From a virus (Duplodnaviria; Heunggongvirae; Uroviricota; Caudoviricetes): a DNA stretch of 45,423 bases. The translations under genes were made by a program, and so were the position numbers. How positions within the stretch are numbered: the stretch's first letter is position 1; every line of letters begins with the position of its first letter. The notes below the pieces were generated by a model, which saw nothing but the letters and a program-made list of their open reading frames with translations, was not told the DNA's origin and searched no databases. Location of the stretch: the IMG/VR virus record IMGVR_UViG_2563366980_000004; one strand, written 5' to 3'. Below, one piece after another: positions 26,834 through 38,000 of the stretch.

Positions 26834-27101
26834 TCCCTTTTCCCGGCTGGCAGCGCGTATGGATGCGATCACGGTCAGAAAGATGGGAAAGACAGCCTCG
26901 ATTAATGATGTCGATATGACTGTGATCCCGGGAGAAACACTGGCAGAGCTGAATGCTCTGTCCGGACCTGCGGTCTCTCTGGTGGTGTTTTCTTCGGGAT
27001 ACCGCCCACGGCGCGGGGATCGCGTTGTTTATGACGGACAACAATGGACGGTCACACGGCATGAACGCTTTAACGGTAAGCCAATGATCTTTATTGAGTA
27101 A
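26826..27101 (+). CDS. Head-tail connector/adaptor protein (tentative)
   Basis: 91 aa; position between head genes and gpZ; overlapping start. Confidence 0.5.
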   Translation: MSDPFSRLAARMDAITVRKMGKTASINDVDMTVIPGETLAELNALSGPAVSLVVFSSGYRPRRGDRVVYDGQQWTVTRHERFNGKPMIFIE

Positions 27102-27112
27102 AGAGGTGTGGG

Positions 27113-27703
27113 ATGAAGGGGCTTGAGAATGCCATCCGCAATCTGAACAGCCTTGATACCCGTATGGTGCCACAGGCCAGCGCATGGGCGATAAACCGTG
27201 TGGCACAGAAAGCGGTCTCGGTTGCCACCCGGCAGGTTGCCGGGAATACCGTTGCGGGAGATAACCAGGTGAAAGGGATCCCCCTGAAACTGGTACGTCA
27301 GCGTGTCCGGGTGTTTAAAGCCAGTCCGTCAGGAAAAATGACGGCCAGGATCCGCGTTAACCGGGGCAATCTGCCCGCCATCAAACTGAACACAACACGG
27401 CGGCGTGCTGGTGAAGGACTGAGAGTGGGAAAATACTTTTTCCGGAGGGCATTTGTTCAGCAACTGGCGAATGGCCGCTGGCATGTTCTGAGGCGTCTTC
27501 CTGAAGCGCGTTTTGCAACAGGGCATGACCATCAGGGCAGGCCAAGAAAAAATCGTCTTCCTGTGGAGGTAGTGAAAATCCCGCTGTCCGGACCGCTGAC
27601 ACAGGCATTTGAAGATGCCCGCGACCGCATCATTGCTGCGGAAATGCCGAAACAGCTGGGGTATGCACTGAAACAACAACTGAGGTTATGGCTGACTCGA
27701 TGA
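27113..27703 (+). CDS. Z: Minor tail protein Z (tail completion)
   Basis: Motifs NGRWHV, VVKIPLSGPL and LGYALKQQLR parallel lambda gpZ; similar length. Confidence 0.8.
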   Translation: MKGLENAIRNLNSLDTRMVPQASAWAINRVAQKAVSVATRQVAGNTVAGDNQVKGIPLKLVRQRVRVFKASPSGKMTARIRVNRGNLPAIKLNTTRRRAGEGLRVGKYFFRRAFVQQLANGRWHVLRRLPEARFATGHDHQGRPRKNRLPVEVVKIPLSGPLTQAFEDARDRIIAAEMPKQLGYALKQQLRLWLTR

Positions 27704-28101
27704 ACCGACATACACAAATCCGCCAGGCCGTACTGGCACGCCTTCGGGAACAGTGTGGAGACAGCGCCACGTTTTTTGACGGGCTTCCGGCATTTATTGA
27801 TGCGCAGGAACTGCCTGCCGTGGCGGTGTGGCTGAGTGATGCTCAGTACACCGGAAAAATGACGGATGAAGATGACTGGCAGGCTGTTCTGCATATTGCC
27901 GTCTTCATCCGGGCACAGGCACCGGATTCAGAGCTGGATATGTGGATGGAGAGCACCATTTTCCCTGCCCTGAATGATATACCGGCACTTTCCGGACTCA
28001 TCGACACCCTGATCCCACTCGGTTTTAACTATCAACGTGATAATGAGATGGCCACCTGGGCGATGGCGGAAATCACGTACCAGATCACGTACACGAATTA
28101 A
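27688..28101 (+). CDS. U: Tail terminator protein U
   Basis: ATFFDGLPAFIDAQELPAVAVWLSDAQYTG...PDSELDMWMES...IPALSGLI parallels lambda gpU. Confidence 0.8.
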   Translation: MADSMNRHTQIRQAVLARLREQCGDSATFFDGLPAFIDAQELPAVAVWLSDAQYTGKMTDEDDWQAVLHIAVFIRAQAPDSELDMWMESTIFPALNDIPALSGLIDTLIPLGFNYQRDNEMATWAMAEITYQITYTN

Positions 28102-28111
28102 GGAGGTGGTA

Positions 28112-28855
28112 ATGACCACACCAAATCCACTGGCAAAGACGAAAGGTGCGGGGACGACGTTCTGGATGTATACCGGCAACGGCGACGCATTTGCGAACCC
28201 TTTGTCGGACACTGACTGGCTGCGTCTTGCGATGGTGAAGGATCTGCAACCTGGCGAAATGACCGCTGATGCAGAAGATGATACTTATCTCGATGATGAA
28301 GATGCAGACTGGAAAACGACAACCCAGGGGCAGAAATCCGTTGGTGATACTTCGGCGACGCTGGCCTGGCGTCCGGGTGACAGCGGGCAGAAAAAACTGG
28401 TTCAGTTGTTCGACTCCGGTGAAGTCTGCGCGTTTCGTATCAAATATCCCAACGGTACTGTTGATGTTTTCCGTGGCTGGCTGAGTTCACTGGGTAAAAC
28501 CATTGCCTCAAAAGACGTGATGACCCGCACTGTGAAAATCAGCGGTGTGGGGCGTCCGTATCTGGCAGAGGAAGGCACTGAAATAGTGAGCGTTACCGGG
28601 CTGACGGTGGCACCGGCATCTGCCAGTGTAAAAGTGGGAGCAACCACCACGCTGACCTTTACAGTAAAACCTGACGGAGCCAGTGACAAAGCGATCAGTG
28701 TGCATTCGTCAGATCCACAGACTGCCACGGTGACCCTGAACGGGCTTGTAGCCACGGTGAAAGGCGTGAAGCAGGGCAGTGTCAGCATTGTGGGCATGAC
28801 CGCTGACGGGAATTTTGTGGCTGTGGTTGCGGTGACTGTCAGCGCCGCAGGTTAA
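28112..28855 (+). CDS. V: Major tail protein V with C-terminal Ig-like (Big_2) domain
   Basis: AGGAGG RBS; N-terminal tail tube domain and C-terminal Ig-like domain (VTGLTVAPASASVKVGATTTLTFTV). Confidence 0.85.
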   Translation: MTTPNPLAKTKGAGTTFWMYTGNGDAFANPLSDTDWLRLAMVKDLQPGEMTADAEDDTYLDDEDADWKTTTQGQKSVGDTSATLAWRPGDSGQKKLVQLFDSGEVCAFRIKYPNGTVDVFRGWLSSLGKTIASKDVMTRTVKISGVGRPYLAEEGTEIVSVTGLTVAPASASVKVGATTTLTFTVKPDGASDKAISVHSSDPQTATVTLNGLVATVKGVKQGSVSIVGMTADGNFVAVVAVTVSAAG

Positions 28856-28875
28856 CAGGACGATACTCATCATTT

Positions 28876-28899
28876 GCCCCGGTTATCCGGGGCTTTTTT
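28876..28899 (+). terminator. Intrinsic terminator after V
   Basis: GCCCCGG-TTAT-CCGGGGC followed by TTTTTT. Confidence 0.6.
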
Positions 28900-28912
28900 G
28901 CAGGTGGAGAAC

Positions 28913-29302
28913 ATGATGTTTCTGAAACAGGGCACGTTTAATTATGAAAAACAGTCCGTGGTGCTCAGTGAGCTGTCCGGGCTGCAGAGAATTGAATATC
29001 TGGCGTTTGTTCAGCAGCGAACGGCAAAGTTTGATGCCGGTGAGGGAGAACTGCCGGAGGCTGAACGACAGATTGCTTTTCTGCGGATGGGGATGGATAT
29101 CAATGCCTGGCTGGTTTCCCGCTCACTGTGGAATGCGGATCAGTCTAAGGATGTAGAGACGCTTTGCGCATCCGTTATTACAACATGGTCGTATGATGCC
29201 CTGGGTGCGGGGGCGGAGATGGTTCTGTCGCTGAGCGGTATGGGGGCCATTGATAATGCCGGGGATGATGAGCATGAGGCGCTGACGCCGGAAAAGTCCT
29301 GA
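28913..29302 (+). CDS. G: Tail assembly chaperone G
   Basis: Start MMFLKQ; LSELSGLQRIEYLA parallels lambda gpG. Confidence 0.8.
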   Translation: MMFLKQGTFNYEKQSVVLSELSGLQRIEYLAFVQQRTAKFDAGEGELPEAERQIAFLRMGMDINAWLVSRSLWNADQSKDVETLCASVITTWSYDALGAGAEMVLSLSGMGAIDNAGDDEHEALTPEKS

Positions 29303-29310
29303 CGCGGGAA

Positions 29311-29640
29311 ATGCAGTTTGTCATGCGGCTTGCCCGGGAGTTCCGGCGGGCAGACTGGCGGCGGATGCTGTCGGAAATGTCGGCCACTGAGCTTGGTGAG
29401 TGGGGTGATTATTTCCGGATGCAGAGCTTCAGTGATGTGTGGATGGATGCGCAGTTTGCCTCGCTGAAGGCATTGATCGTGAGAATGGTGTCCGGCAGCA
29501 GTGATGCTGCGGTGGCTGATTTCAGCCTTTTACCGGAAGAGAACGGGATACCGGAGCGAACGGACGAAGAACTGATGCATCTTGGGGAAGGTATTTCCGG
29601 AGGTGTGCGTTATGGACCAGATAGCCAACCTGGTCATTGA
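29311..29640 (+). CDS. T: Tail assembly protein T (probably made as a G-T fusion by -1 frameshift)
   Basis: ORF in the -1 frame relative to G, open across the G stop; arrangement conserved with lambda G/GT. Confidence 0.7.
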   Translation: MQFVMRLAREFRRADWRRMLSEMSATELGEWGDYFRMQSFSDVWMDAQFASLKALIVRMVSGSSDAAVADFSLLPEENGIPERTDEELMHLGEGISGGVRYGPDSQPGH

Positions 29641-32600
29641 TTTGGGGATTGATGCGGCAGAGTTTAAAAATGAAATCCCCCGTATCAAAAACCTTCTGAA
29701 TGGTGCAGCCAGCGATGCAGAACGGTCTTCTGCCCGTATGCAGCGTTTTATGGAGCGTCAGACTCAGGCCGCCCGGCAGACAACGCAGGCGGCGTCTTCG
29801 GCTGCAACAGCCGCATCCGTCCATGCGCAGACGGTGGAGAAGAACGCACAGGCTCATGAACGCATGGCCCGCGAGGTGGAGAAAACCCGCCAGCGCATGG
29901 AGGCGCTGAGCCAGAAAATGCGCGAGGAACAGGCGCAGGCCATGGCTCTGGCGGAGGCTCAGGATAAAGCGGCTGCTGCGTTTTATCGTCAGATTGACAG
30001 TGTGAAACAGGCCAGTGCGGGTCTGCAGGAATTACAGCGTATTCAGCAGCAGATCCGACAGGCCAGAAACAGTGGCGGGATTGGTCAGCAGGATTATCTG
30101 GCGCTGATTTCTGAGGTTACGGCGAAAACCCGTGTTCTTACACAGGCTGAGGAAGAGGCTACCCGACAGAAAGTGGCGTTTATCCGTCAGCTTAAAGAGC
30201 AGGCAACCCGCCAGAATCTTTCATCTTCTGAGTTGCTTCGTGCTAAGGCTGCCCAGCTGGGGGTAAGCAGTGCTGCAGAAGTGTATATCCGCAAAATGGA
30301 GCAGGCAGGAAAAGCCACGCATTCGCTGGGTCTGAAAAGTGCAGCGGCCCGCCAGGAGATAGGCGTTCTGATAGGTGAACTGGCCCGCGGCAATTTAGGG
30401 GCGCTGAGGGGATCCGGGATAACGCTGGCTAACCGTGCCGGATGGATAGACACACTGATGTCACCGAAAGGCATGATGCTGGGCGGGGTTATTGGCGGTA
30501 TTGCCGCAGCTGTCTATGGTCTGGGTAAAGCCTGGTATGACGGTCAGAAGGAGGGGGAAGAATTTAACCGCCAGCTGTCGCTGACGGGGCATTATGCCGG
30601 AGTCACTGCCGGGCAGCTGTGGACGCTCAGTCGTGCTATTTCCGGGAATGGTATCACGCAACATGCTGCAGCCGGTGCGCTGGCTCAGGTGGTGGGGAGT
30701 GGTGCATTTCGTGGAAACGATATCGGTATGGTGGCGAGAGCTGCCGCACAGATGGAGCGATCGGTTGGCCAGTCGGTCAGCGATACCATAAGTCAGTTTA
30801 AGCGGCTGAAGGATGATCCTGTAAATGCCGCGAAGGCTCTGGACAATGAGCTGCATTTTCTTGCTGCCACTCAGCTTGAGCAGATACGCGTCCTTGGGGA
30901 ACAGGGGCGGTCCAGTGATGCGGCACGGATAGCCATGTCTGCACTGGCAGAGGAAACCGGTCGGCGTACTGCGGATATTGATAATAACCTCAATGCGCTG
31001 GGCAGTACGCTGAAGTATCTGTCTGATTTATGGAGTCGTTTCTGGGATGCGGCCATGAATATTGGTCGTGAAGACTCGCTGGATGAACAGATTTCCGCTT
31101 TACAGGAGAAAGTGTCGCGGGCGAAAAGACTCCCCTGGACGGCATCATCTTCTCAGGTTGAGTACGATCAGCAGCGTCTTAACGAGCTTCAGGAAAAAAA
31201 ACGCCAGAAGGATTTGCAGGATGCAAAAGAGCAGGCAGAGCGGAATTATCAGGAGCAACAGAAACGCCGTAATGCTGAAAATGCTGCACTGAACCGGATG
31301 AATGAAACGGAAGCAGCACGACATCAGCGTGAAATTGCGCGTATTAATGCCATGCAGTACGCCGATCAGACTGTCAGGGATGCGGCGATACAACGTGAAA
31401 ATGAACGTTACGAGAAAGCCCTGGCATCCGGTAAGAAAAAAACACGCGAAACCCGTAATGATGAGGCCACCCGGTTATTGCTGCAGTACAGTCAGCAACA
31501 GGCACAGGTGGAAGGACAGATTGCTGCTGCCAGACAGTCAGCAGGCATTGCCACGGAAAGGATGACAGAAGCGCATAAACAGCTTCTGGCTCTGCAGCAG
31601 CGCATCAGCGACCTGGACGGGAAAAAACTGACGGAAGATGAAAAGAGTGTGCTGGCCCGTAAAGATGAACTGATTCAGGCACTGACGCTGCTGGATGTAA
31701 AACAGCAGGAGCTTCAGAAACAGACGGCACTCAACGAGCTGAAGAAAAAAACAATTCAGCTGACCAGTCAACTGGCTGAAGAAGAGCGTGCTCAGCGTCA
31801 ACAACATAATCTGGATATCGCCACGGTGGGTATGGGTGATCAGCAGCGGCAGCGATATCAGGTACAACTGAGTCTTCGTCAGAAATACCAGCAACAGCTG
31901 GAGCAGTTGAGGCGGGATAGTGAGCAGAAAGGGACATATAACACGGATGACTACAGAAAGGCCGAGCAGGCGCTGACGGAGAGCCTGAACCGACAACTGA
32001 ATGAGAATCGCCGTTACTGGCAACAGCTTGAAATTGCTCAGGGTAACTGGAAAAACGGAGTCCTGCGTGCACTCCAGAATGTCACTGAGAATGCGGATAA
32101 CACAGCCTGGACAGTGGAACAGTTGTTCACGTCTGCGTTCAGTAGCATGAGTGACTGGCTGGCGACATTCTGTACTACAGGCAAACTCAATTTCAAATCT
32201 TTTACTTCTTCTGTGCTGTCAGATATGTCCAGAATCATGGCTCAGATAGCTTTAATGAAAGCGGTAAAAGGCATTGCTTCCGCGCTGCCTTTTGATTTTG
32301 TAGCCAATGCTGATGGCGGTGTTTATCAGTCGGCTGATTTGAGTCGCTACAGTGGCACGGTGGTTAACCGTCCGACGTTTTTTGCTTTTGCAAAAGGCGC
32401 GGGTGTGATGGGGGAAGCGGGACCTGAAGCCATTCTGCCACTGCGTCGTGGTGCTGACGGTAAGCTGGGGGTTGTGGCGGATATTGGTGGTTCAGGTATG
32501 GCGATGTTTGCCCCGCAGTACAACATTGAGATCAATAACGATGGCACGAACGGGCAGATAGGTCCGGCTGCCCTGAAGGTGGTTTATGACCTTGGGAAAA

Positions 32601-32668
32601 AAGCGGCAGCGGACTTTATGCAACAGCAGGCCCGTGATGGTGGTCGGTTAAGTGGAGCATATCGGTAA
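29612..32668 (+). CDS. H: Tail tape measure protein
   Basis: 1018 aa; long coiled-coil-rich protein; GGAGGTG RBS before ATG 29612. Confidence 0.9.
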   Translation: MDQIANLVIDLGIDAAEFKNEIPRIKNLLNGAASDAERSSARMQRFMERQTQAARQTTQAASSAATAASVHAQTVEKNAQAHERMAREVEKTRQRMEALSQKMREEQAQAMALAEAQDKAAAAFYRQIDSVKQASAGLQELQRIQQQIRQARNSGGIGQQDYLALISEVTAKTRVLTQAEEEATRQKVAFIRQLKEQATRQNLSSSELLRAKAAQLGVSSAAEVYIRKMEQAGKATHSLGLKSAAARQEIGVLIGELARGNLGALRGSGITLANRAGWIDTLMSPKGMMLGGVIGGIAAAVYGLGKAWYDGQKEGEEFNRQLSLTGHYAGVTAGQLWTLSRAISGNGITQHAAAGALAQVVGSGAFRGNDIGMVARAAAQMERSVGQSVSDTISQFKRLKDDPVNAAKALDNELHFLAATQLEQIRVLGEQGRSSDAARIAMSALAEETGRRTADIDNNLNALGSTLKYLSDLWSRFWDAAMNIGREDSLDEQISALQEKVSRAKRLPWTASSSQVEYDQQRLNELQEKKRQKDLQDAKEQAERNYQEQQKRRNAENAALNRMNETEAARHQREIARINAMQYADQTVRDAAIQRENERYEKALASGKKKTRETRNDEATRLLLQYSQQQAQVEGQIAAARQSAGIATERMTEAHKQLLALQQRISDLDGKKLTEDEKSVLARKDELIQALTLLDVKQQELQKQTALNELKKKTIQLTSQLAEEERAQRQQHNLDIATVGMGDQQRQRYQVQLSLRQKYQQQLEQLRRDSEQKGTYNTDDYRKAEQALTESLNRQLNENRRYWQQLEIAQGNWKNGVLRALQNVTENADNTAWTVEQLFTSAFSSMSDWLATFCTTGKLNFKSFTSSVLSDMSRIMAQIALMKAVKGIASALPFDFVANADGGVYQSADLSRYSGTVVNRPTFFAFAKGAGVMGEAGPEAILPLRRGADGKLGVVADIGGSGMAMFAPQYNIEINNDGTNGQIGPAALKVVYDLGKKAAADFMQQQARDGGRLSGAYR

Positions 32669-32997
32669 TGGAGACGTTTCACTGGAAAGTGCGCCCGGAT
32701 ATGAATGTGGTATCAGAGCCGAAAGTGGTGACAGTGAAGCTGGGCGATGGTTATGAACAGCGTCGTGCGGCGGGACTGAATAACCAGTTGTCGACTTACA
32801 GCGTGACGATACGTGTTCGTAAATGTGAACACCCATCTTTAAAAGCCTTTCTGGAACGGCACGGTGGCGTCCGCGCATTTCAGTGGACGCCACCTTATGA
32901 CTGGAAACCGATTAGGGTGGTTTGTCGTAAATGGTCGGCAAGCGTGGGGGCGCTGTGGGTAACCATAACGGCAGATTTTGAACAGGTCGTGGCATAG
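32668..32997 (+). CDS. M: Minor tail protein M
   Basis: 109 aa, same length and position as lambda gpM. Confidence 0.85.
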   Translation: METFHWKVRPDMNVVSEPKVVTVKLGDGYEQRRAAGLNNQLSTYSVTIRVRKCEHPSLKAFLERHGGVRAFQWTPPYDWKPIRVVCRKWSASVGALWVTITADFEQVVA

Positions 32998-33006
32998 GAG
33001 GCTCTG

Positions 33007-33705
33007 ATGCAGGATATTCCACAGGAAACACATCATGAGACGACACGCCTCACTCAGTCAGCCCAGGTGGTGCTCTGGGAAATCGATCTGACAGAGGTCG
33101 GTGGTGAACGTTATTTTTTCTGTAATGAGCAGAACGAAAAAGGTGAGCCGGTTACCTGGCAGGGGCGGCAGTATCAGGCATACCCCATTCAGGGGACAGG
33201 ATTTGAACTGAACGGCAAGGGCAGTGCTGCCCGTCCGACACTGACGGTTTCTAACCTGCACGGCATGGTCACGGGGATGGCGGAAGACCTGCAGAGTCTG
33301 GTCGGCGGAACGGTGGTCAGGCGTAAGGTTTACGCCCGTTTTCTGGATGCGGTGAACTTCGTCAACGGAAACAGCGACGCCGATCCGGAGCAGGAGGTGA
33401 TCAGCCGCTGGCGCATCGAGCAGTGCAGCGAACTGAGTGCGGTCAGTGCCTCCTTTGTGTTGTCCACACCGACGGAAACGGATGGTGCTGTTTTTCCGGG
33501 GCGTATCATGCTGGCCAACACCTGCACCTGGACCTATCGCGGTGATGAGTGTGGTTATCACGGTCCGGCTGTCGCGGATGAATATGACCAGCCGACAACC
33601 GATATCACGAAGGATAAATGCAGCAAATGCCTGAGCGGTTGTAAGTTTCGCAATAACGTCGGCAACTTTGGCGGCTTCCTTTCCATTAACAAACTTTCGC
33701 AGTAA
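33007..33705 (+). CDS. L: Minor tail protein L
   Basis: 232 aa; C-terminal Cys cluster (CSKCLSGCKF) as in lambda gpL. Confidence 0.85.
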   Translation: MQDIPQETHHETTRLTQSAQVVLWEIDLTEVGGERYFFCNEQNEKGEPVTWQGRQYQAYPIQGTGFELNGKGSAARPTLTVSNLHGMVTGMAEDLQSLVGGTVVRRKVYARFLDAVNFVNGNSDADPEQEVISRWRIEQCSELSAVSASFVLSTPTETDGAVFPGRIMLANTCTWTYRGDECGYHGPAVADEYDQPTTDITKDKCSKCLSGCKFRNNVGNFGGFLSINKLSQ

Positions 33706-33709
33706 ACCC

Positions 33710-34453
33710 ATGACAGAGACAGAATCAGCGATTCTGGCGCACGCCCGGCGATGTGCGCCAGCGGAGTCGTGCGGCTTCGTGGTGAGAACGCCGGAGGGGG
33801 AAAGATATTTTCCCTGCGTGAATATTTCCGGTGAGCCGGAGGGGTATTTCCGGATGGCTCCGGAGGACTGGCTGCAGGCAGAGATGCAGGGTGAGATTGT
33901 GGCGCTGGTTCACAGCCACCCCGGTGGTCTGCCCTGGCTGAGTGAGGCCGACCGGCGGTTGCAGGTGCAGAGTGATTTGCCGTGGTGGCTGGTCTGCCGC
34001 GGGGCGATTCATAAGTTCCGCTGTGTGCCGCATCTCACCGGGCGGCGCTTTGAGCACGGGGTGACGGACTGTTACACGCTGTTCCGGGACGCTTACCATC
34101 TGGCGGGGATTGAGATGCCGGATTTTCATCGCGAGGATGACTGGTGGCGTAACGGTCAGAATCTCTATCTGGATAATCTGGAGGCCACAGGGCTGTATCA
34201 GGTGCCGTTGTCAGCGGCGCAGCCGGGCGATGTGCTGCTGTGCTGCTTTGGTTCATCGGTGCCGAATCATGCCGCCATTTACTGCGGCGACGGCGAGCTG
34301 TTGCACCATATTCCTGAACAACTGAGCAAACGAGAGAGGTATACCGACAAATGGCAGCGACGCACACACTCCCTCTGGCGTCACCGGGCATGGCACGCAT
34401 CTGCCTTTACGGGGATTTACAACGATTTGGCCGCCGCATCGACCTTCGTGTGA
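33710..34453 (+). CDS. K: Tail assembly protein K (JAB/MPN + NlpC/P60-like)
   Basis: Start MTETESAIL; ESCGFVV and HSHP motifs (JAB/MPN) followed by a Cys/His region. Confidence 0.85.
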   Translation: MTETESAILAHARRCAPAESCGFVVRTPEGERYFPCVNISGEPEGYFRMAPEDWLQAEMQGEIVALVHSHPGGLPWLSEADRRLQVQSDLPWWLVCRGAIHKFRCVPHLTGRRFEHGVTDCYTLFRDAYHLAGIEMPDFHREDDWWRNGQNLYLDNLEATGLYQVPLSAAQPGDVLLCCFGSSVPNHAAIYCGDGELLHHIPEQLSKRERYTDKWQRRTHSLWRHRAWHASAFTGIYNDLAAASTFV

Positions 34454-34998
34454 AAACGGGGGCCGAAGCCATCCGGGCGCTGGCCACGCAGCTTCCGTCG
34501 TTTCGCCAGAAACTGAATGAGGGCTGGTATCAGGTGCGCATTGCCGGGCGTGATGCAGGCGAAAATGAATTATCTGCCCGTCTTAATGAGCCGCTGGCAA
34601 ATGGTGCCGTGATCCACATTGTGCCGCGTCTGGCGGGAGCTAAAAGTGGCGGTGTTTTTCAGGCAGTGCTGGGTGCGGCGCTGATTGCGGTGGCATGGTG
34701 GAACCCTGTGGGCTGGCTGGGTGCCGCGGCTGTATCGGGCATGTATGCGGCAGGGGCCAGTATGATCCTGGGCGGTGTGGCTCAGATGCTGGCACCGAAA
34801 GCCAGAACTCCCCGCACACAGACAACGGATAACGGTAAGCAGAACACCTATTTCTCCTCACTGGATAACATGGTTGCCCAGGGCAATGTTATGCCTGTTC
34901 TGTATGGTGAAATGCGCGTGGGGTCACGTGTGGTATCTCAGGAGATCAGCACGGCAGATGAAGGGGACGGTGGTCAGGTTGTGGTGATTGGTCGATGA
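34351..34998 (+). CDS. I: Tail assembly protein I
   Basis: N-terminus MAATHTLPLASPGMARICLYGDLQRF resembles lambda gpI; hydrophobic C-terminal region. Confidence 0.8.
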   Translation: MAATHTLPLASPGMARICLYGDLQRFGRRIDLRVKTGAEAIRALATQLPSFRQKLNEGWYQVRIAGRDAGENELSARLNEPLANGAVIHIVPRLAGAKSGGVFQAVLGAALIAVAWWNPVGWLGAAAVSGMYAAGASMILGGVAQMLAPKARTPRTQTTDNGKQNTYFSSLDNMVAQGNVMPVLYGEMRVGSRVVSQEISTADEGDGGQVVVIGR

Positions 34999-35058
34999 TG
35001 CAAAATGTTTTATGTGAAACCGCCTGCGGGCGGTTTTGTCGTTTATGGAGCATGACGA

Positions 35059-38000
35059 ATGGGTAAAGGCAGCAGTAAGGGACATACCCCGCGCGAAGCA
35101 AAGGACAATCTGAAGTCCACGCAGTTGCTGAGTGTGATCGATGCCATCAGCGAAGGGCCGATTGAAGGTCCGGTGGATGGATTAAAAAGCGTGCTGCTGA
35201 ACAGTACGCCGGTGCTGGACAGTGAGGGGAATACCAACATCTCCGGTGTCACGGTGGTGTTCCGGGCAGGTGAGCAGGAACAGACACCGCCGGAGGGATT
35301 TGAATCCTCCGGATCCGAGACGGTGCTGGGTACGGAAGTGAAATACGACACGCCGATCACCCGGACCATCACGTCTGCAAACATCGACCGTCTGCGCTTT
35401 ACCTTCGGTGTGCAGGCACTGGTGGAAACCACCTCAAAGGGGGACCGGAATCCGTCGGAAGTCCGCCTGCTGGTTCAGATACAGCGTAATGGTGGCTGGG
35501 TGACGGAAAAAGACATCACCATTAAGGGCAAAACCACCTCGCAGTATCTGGCCTCGGTGGTGGTGGATAACCTGCCGCCGCGCCCGTTTAATATCCGGAT
35601 GCGCAGAATGACGCCGGACAGCACCACAGACCAGCTGCAGAACAAAACGCTCTGGTCGTCATACACCGAAATCATCGATGTGAAACAGTGCTACCCGAAC
35701 ACGGCACTGGTCGGCGTGCAGGTGGATTCGGAGCAGTTCGGCAGCCAGCAGGTGAGTCGTAATTATCATCTTCGCGGGCGCATTCTGCAGGTGCCGTCGA
35801 ACTATAACCCGCAGACGCGACAATACAGCGGTATCTGGGACGGAACGTTTAAGCCAGCATACAGCAACAACATGGCCTGGTGTCTGTGGGATATGCTGAC
35901 CCATCCGCGCTACGGCATGGGGAAGCGTCTCGGTGCGGCGGATGTGGACAAATGGGCGCTGTATGTCATCGGCCAGAATTGCGACCAGTCGGTGCCGGAT
36001 GGCTTTGGTGGCACGGAGCCGCGCATCACCTGTAATGCCTGGCTGACCACACAGCGCAAGGCGTGGGATGTGCTCAGTGATTTCTGCTCGGCGATGCGCT
36101 GTATGCCGGTATGGAACGGGCAGACGCTGACGTTCGTGCAGGACCGACCATCAGATAAGGTGTGGACCTATAACCGCAGTAATGTGGTGATGCCGGATGA
36201 TGGCGCGCCGTTCCGCTACAGCTTCAGCGCCCTGAAGGACCGCCATAATGCCGTTGAGGTGAACTGGATTGACCCGAACAACGGCTGGGAGACGGCGACA
36301 GAGCTTGTTGAAGATACGCAGGCCATTGCCCGTTACGGTCGTAACGTCACGAAGATGGATGCCTTTGGCTGTACCAGCCGGGGGCAGGCGCACCGCGCCG
36401 GGCTGTGGCTGATTAAAACGGAACTGCTGGAAACGCAGACCGTGGACTTCAGCGTGGGTGCGGAAGGGCTTCGCCATGTACCGGGGGATGTCATTGAAAT
36501 CTGTGATGATGACTATGCGGGTATCAGCATCGGCGGGCGCGTGCTGGCGGTGAACAGCCAGACCCGGACGCTGACGCTCGACCGTGAAATCACGCTGCCA
36601 TCCTCCGGTACCACGCTGATAAGTCTGGTTGACGGAAGTGGCAATCCGGTCAGCGTGGAGGTTCAGTCCGTCACCGACGGCGTGAAGGTAAAAGTGAGCC
36701 GTGTTCCTGACGGTGTTGCTGAATACAGCGTATGGGGGCTGAAGCTGCCGACGCTGCGCCAGCGCCTGTTCCGCTGCGTGAGTATCCGTGAGAACGACGA
36801 CGGCACGTATGCCATCACCGCCGTGCAGCATGTGCCGGAAAAAGAGGCCATCGTGGATAACGGGGCGCACTTTGACGGCGACCAGAGCGGCACGGTGAAT
36901 GGTGTCACGCCGCCTGCGGTGCAGCACCTGACTGCCGAAGTCACCTCAGACAGCGGGGAGTATCAGGTGCTGGCGCGCTGGGATACGCCGAAGGTGGTGA
37001 AGGGGGTGAGCTTTATGCTTCGCCTGACCGTGGCAGCGGATGACGGCAGTGAGCGGCTGGTCAGCACGGCCAGGACGACGGAAACCACATACCGCTTCAG
37101 GCAACTGGCGCTGGGGCGTTACACGCTGACGGTCAGGGCGGTAAATGCGTGGGGACAGCAGGGCGATCCGGCATCGGTATCGTTCCGGATTGCCGCACCG
37201 GCAGCGCCGTCGCGGATTGAGCTGACGCCGGGCTATTTTCAGATAACTGCCACGCCGCATCTTGCGGTTTATGATCCGACGGTACAGTTTGAGTTCTGGT
37301 TCTCGGAAAAGCGGATTACCGATATCAGGCAGGTTGAGACCACAGCCCGCTATCTTGGTACGGCGCTGTACTGGATAGCTGCCAGTATCAATATCAAACC
37401 GGGCCATGATTATTACTTTTATATCCGCAGTGTGAACACCGTTGGCAAATCGGCATTCGTGGAGGCTGTTGGTCAGCCGAGCGATGATGCGGAAGGTTAC
37501 CTGGATTTTTTCAAAGGCCAGATAACCGAATCCCATCTCGGCAAGGAGCTGCTGGAAAAAGTCGAGCTGACGGAGGATAACGCCAGCAAACTGGAGGAGT
37601 TTTCGAAAGAGTGGAAGGACGCCAACGATAAATGGAATGCCATGTGGGGCGTCAAAATTGAGCAGACCGAAGACGGCAGGCATTATGTCGCGGGGCTTGG
37701 CCTTAGTATGGAGGATACGGAGGAAGGCAAACTGAGCCAGTTCCTGGTTGCCGCTAACCGTATCGCGTTTATTGACCCGGCAAACGGGAATGAAACGCCG
37801 ATGTTTGTGGCGCAGGGCAACCAGATATTCATGAACGAAGTGTTCCTGAAGTATCTGACGGCTCCCACCATTACCAGTGGCGGCAATCCTCCGGTATTTT
37901 CCCTGACACCGGACGGGCGGCTGACGGCGAAAAATGCCGATATCAGCGGTAACGTGAATGCGAACTCCGGGACGCTCAATAATGTCACGATTAACGAGAA

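Noticed and set aside
31538-32072. Minus-strand ORFs within the tape measure gene
   Set aside because: Antisense to the tape measure protein; Leu/Gln-rich mirror of the coiled-coil coding sequence.
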